Made by a program: the position numbers and the translations under genes. Of a DNA stretch of 64,000 bases, positions 57,106-64,000 are shown piece by piece. A model generated the notes under the pieces. It searched no databases. It was not told the origin of the DNA and worked only from the letters and a program-made list of their open reading frames with translations. Where the stretch lies: NCBI RefSeq assembly GCF_009914755.1, contig NC_060939.1; one strand, 5' to 3'. Source of the DNA: the human T2T-CHM13v2.0 reference genome, Homo sapiens. Position 1 is the first letter of the stretch. Each line of letters starts with the position of its first letter.

Positions 57106-58601
57106 ATGTGCTGATGTTCTTATGGGTCATTACTTTCCCGTTTTCTTTTGAGATTCCATTCTGTGTTTCCTTTTCTTTTTAATCTGCCAAGGATTTCCTT
57201 CCACTTCTTCAGGAATACCAGACACCAGTGGCTACGCGGCTGAGCCAGGCACTGGCCAGGCCAGGGAAACATCATTCACGTCTTACTGTGTACTGTGGCC
57301 TTTCAGGGCTGACGTTGTCCTCGTGCTCCCAGGGAGGACACTGACGCTCAGAGGAGGAGGCTGGGACAGGGGTGGTGCAGGTCAGCCTGAAGACCGTTTC
57401 CAGCTCCTCAGGGAAACCTGAGGGCCACCCCAGGCACATGAAGGCAAAGATGGCCTCAGGACAGGCCATGGCTGTTAGGTTCCCCGGGCCTCCTGAACAC
57501 GTGCCCTGTGCCCACTCTCCTTAGCGGTTACTGGCCTCAGGGTGTGTAGGGCAGGGTCCCCATGACGACCGTGTTCAGGCCAGTGCTCGCTCTCCTCACT
57601 GCCACTGTAACCCAGGCTCAACAGCGGTCTCCTCTGGCCAGGTGAGGTGCCCACTGTGAACAGGCAGCAATCTCCATGTCAACAAGCAGGGGCTGTCACA
57701 GACCTTTTGCAGAAAATACTGCCAACACTGGCTGATTGATTGGCGAGGGTACTTGATTTCTGATCCAGTTCTCACCTAGGAGTAGATTCTATTTACAGGG
57801 AGGCCCAATTGTTGGCATGTGGGGGTCACGGCCACTGCTTCCTTCCTGGCCCTCACCAGGAGGTGGTGCTGCTGAGCCCCTGAACCTGTGCTAGAGACTC
57901 TGCCTGCACTAGAAGTGGGCAGAGAGGATGTCCTGGAAGGAGGCGAGTGGCCACCATCCCCTCCCTGGAGAGGAGCAGACAGGGCTCTCCAGGCCAACAG
58001 TGTCTGCCAGGAAAAACCACCATGAGAAACACAGTCCTTAAATAACTGGTGTAAAACTGAGCAGTGATGCGTATCTGATGATGGACTTATTTACTCAGAA
58101 GCCTGTCCCAGAACCATCAGCACAGCTGACAGGAGGCAGTGGGAATTCTGGTCACCAAGCCTCTGGGCCCTTAGGGCGTTACAAAGCCTTGGACACCCGG
58201 AGGCTCATGGTGACCAGAAGCAGCTGCAAAGGACCTTCTAAGTTGGCCTGGGCTAAGGCTGAGTGTGTAGTGCCCTCTGCTGTGGCCAGGACAGACTGGG
58301 ACAGGCAGGTCTCTTGTGTCCTGTCTCCTGAGAAACAGGGTAAGCTCCATCTTGTTGCCGTAAAGCAGCACCGGATTACTGACCTTGCAGCATGAACCTG
58401 TAACTCTGCTACTCTCTTTTGTGGCTTTCCAATGTAAACTTTACCTTCGGAACATGTTGCCTGCTCTATCACACTGGGTGTGATTTTACACACAGAAAGA
58501 AAGGTGAGGAAGTGTTTTCCCATCTCGTGGTGTAGCATGGAAGGGTAGAGGAAGTTTGGGTCCAGCTGGGAGGAGGCCGTCTGGCCAGCTGGGATACTTG
58601 C

Positions 58602-58929
58602 CTATGGCCAGGGTCATGGCCTTGAGCTTGCTCCGCACCAGCTTCACCACCATGCTCTTCTGCAGAGGCGTCGACCGACAGCAGAGGACGGAGCGGCACT
58701 GCTTGGCAAGGAAGAGGAATTTGTCCTCCAGGTTTTTCTCGAGAGCGTAGGCCAGGCTTCTCCCATCGATCACGAGGCTGGGTCTGCGGCCAGAGGCAGT
58801 GGACGTGGAGGGTGGGCAGAGAGAGGAGAACCTCATGCTCACTTTGCCCTTGGTCTTCTCAGGGGCTCTCTGGAGGCCTCTGGACTGCACGTAGCATAGG
58901 CACTGGTCTAGCAGGGCTGCACACGCCTC
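58602..58929 (-). CDS. ATP10A: ATP10A exon (probably 14), 328 bp, ending at a GC donor
   Basis: tttcag|[15 protein letters not shown]...[13 protein letters not shown]...[30 protein letters not shown]|gcaagt. The frame joins to GDGAND. Confidence 0.95.
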
Positions 58930-59125
58930 CTGAAAGGGACATGAGAGGACAGCGCAGTTCCCTCAGAGTCATGCCACAAACATCCCCGCCCTGGCTCAAC
59001 ACCTCTGGAGCTGACATCCTTCCGGGCTCCAGGCTGCAGTACCCGCCTGCCCAGAGGCCACCCTCCAGAAACTGTGAAGTTCAGCCGGAGAGGATGACTT
59101 TCCCCAGAGAAGAGACTGAATTGGT

Positions 59126-59443
<318 letters not shown>

Positions 59444-60899
59444 CTAAGATCTTACTTGATCACCCATGATACAGTGCAGAGGTTGGAATGGACCATCTTC
59501 ACTTTGGGAGGCCATACTGTATTATTGTGAAATTGCTGGATAGTTAGACTGAAGGCCCTCCATGTACTTCTTGATAGTTCTCAGAGGCCCTTACCTAACC
59601 CCCCAAGGACTAACTGCAGGACACAAAGCTCTGCAAAAGGCTTTGTTATGATTAGCCCCTAAAGAAATGCAATTTTCAGTATCCTCCCTAAGTTCTCCAA
59701 TTCTGCCAGGAAAAGAAAAAAAAAAAAGCACAATTACGGAGGCTTTTAATAGGCAAAACTTGATCTGGATTCCAGAGAAAGGAGGAAAACCTACGGTGGT
59801 AGCAGCACTAGGGATCAGGGGCAGGAGCTGGAGGCACAGGAGGGACCACCGTCTCCAGGAACAAACACGCTCCGGGGAGCCTGGGCAGCTCCTGATCCTC
59901 CGCAGACCGTGAGTCTGCTGGGTCAGTGACCAGTGCCCTGCAACACACCACGGAAATCCAGCTGTGTTCAACACACGCTTACTGAGGATCCTTTGTATTC
60001 AGAAAATGAAGCCAGACTAGAGAAAAGAAGACTGAAAAGACACAGTTACTGCCGTAGGGGGAACAGACAGCTGATGCACACACACTCATGGCTGCAGCAA
60101 ATCACCAACCAGGATGTGCGAAAGTGTGGAGATGGATAGGAGAGGGAGAGCTTTGCTTCCAGGGCATGGGGTGGGATATGGCAGTAACTGGGGAAGGCCT
60201 TGAGGAGAATGCAGGATGCCATCACAGGAACTCCATGAGCTCCCTGGACTCCCACAGCAGTGGAGACTCCTCCTTCATCCCGTTGCTCCCACTGACTTCA
60301 GGCGGCACTTGGGCAGGACGCATAGGCTCATTACTGCAGAGCTCTGAGAGGGAGTAGCAGCCGATGGACCGGGAGAGGAGACAAGTGTGCTAAGGACACT
60401 GAATGGGTGGTGGGTATGTCACTGTCACTCTGGTAGCCCCTGGCTTAGCCCAAGGCACCAGGGAACCTGGACGTGGGCTCCAAGGCAATGACAGAGAGAG
60501 CTCCAGGAGATACCTTCTAGCTCTGGCTTGAGGAGTGAAAAGGGGGTTCCCAGTGCTCTGAGAAGATGAGGAAGTCTCCAATTTTATTTATTCTTTTTCG
60601 TCTATTATTTTGAACTCAGTCCCAGGCAATTCTGCTACCGTGGCTATGCAGGAATGGCAGTGGCAGAAATGTCTGCTGCCGCAGACTCCAAGGGAGCTAG
60701 ACCCTCCTTTCCAACAGAGCCTGTGGTGCTCTGTCTTCTATTCTGCCCCCACTTGGCGCTGGATGCAGGAGAAGGGCAGGAAATATGGGAAGAAGAAGGT
60801 GACACACTCCAGCTTTCCTGCCAGAAGACTGAAAAGGGGATTCTTGGGGAACCAGAGGCGCTGGAAAAATTGTAAAGAGAAGCTTGGCTAACTGACCCC

Positions 60900-64000
<3,101 letters not shown>

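Overview
Primate, almost certainly human, genomic DNA matching the 3' end of ATP10A (P4-ATPase lipid flippase, 15q11-q13 region from memory) and its downstream flank. Bases 1-6064 hold a ~6.1 kb internally deleted betaretrovirus-like provirus (HERV-K HML-3/HERVK9 with MER9-type LTRs). Its gag, pro, pol and env are all defective. Bases 6.1-42.5 kb are repeat-rich intergenic DNA with several solo LTRs retaining intact target-site duplications, Alus, L1/L2 remnants, a ~310 bp inverted duplication and a perfect 102 bp tandem duplication. Bases 42.5-64 kb carry the last eight coding exons of ATP10A on the minus strand. I spliced these by hand into one open frame of 1740 nt (579 aa plus stop). I found no convincing new protein-coding system, and most short ORFs in the track are repeat-derived or chance. 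The most interesting signals are structural: a GC-AG intron whose acceptor has an exact decoy duplicate hidden in a hairpin, a templated double-hairpin insertion in env copied from pol, an in-frame capsid-dUTPase fusion, and an inverted duplication with uneven divergence. Repeat family names and ATP10A exon numbers come from memory, not from a search, and repeat boundaries without a stated TSD are approximate.
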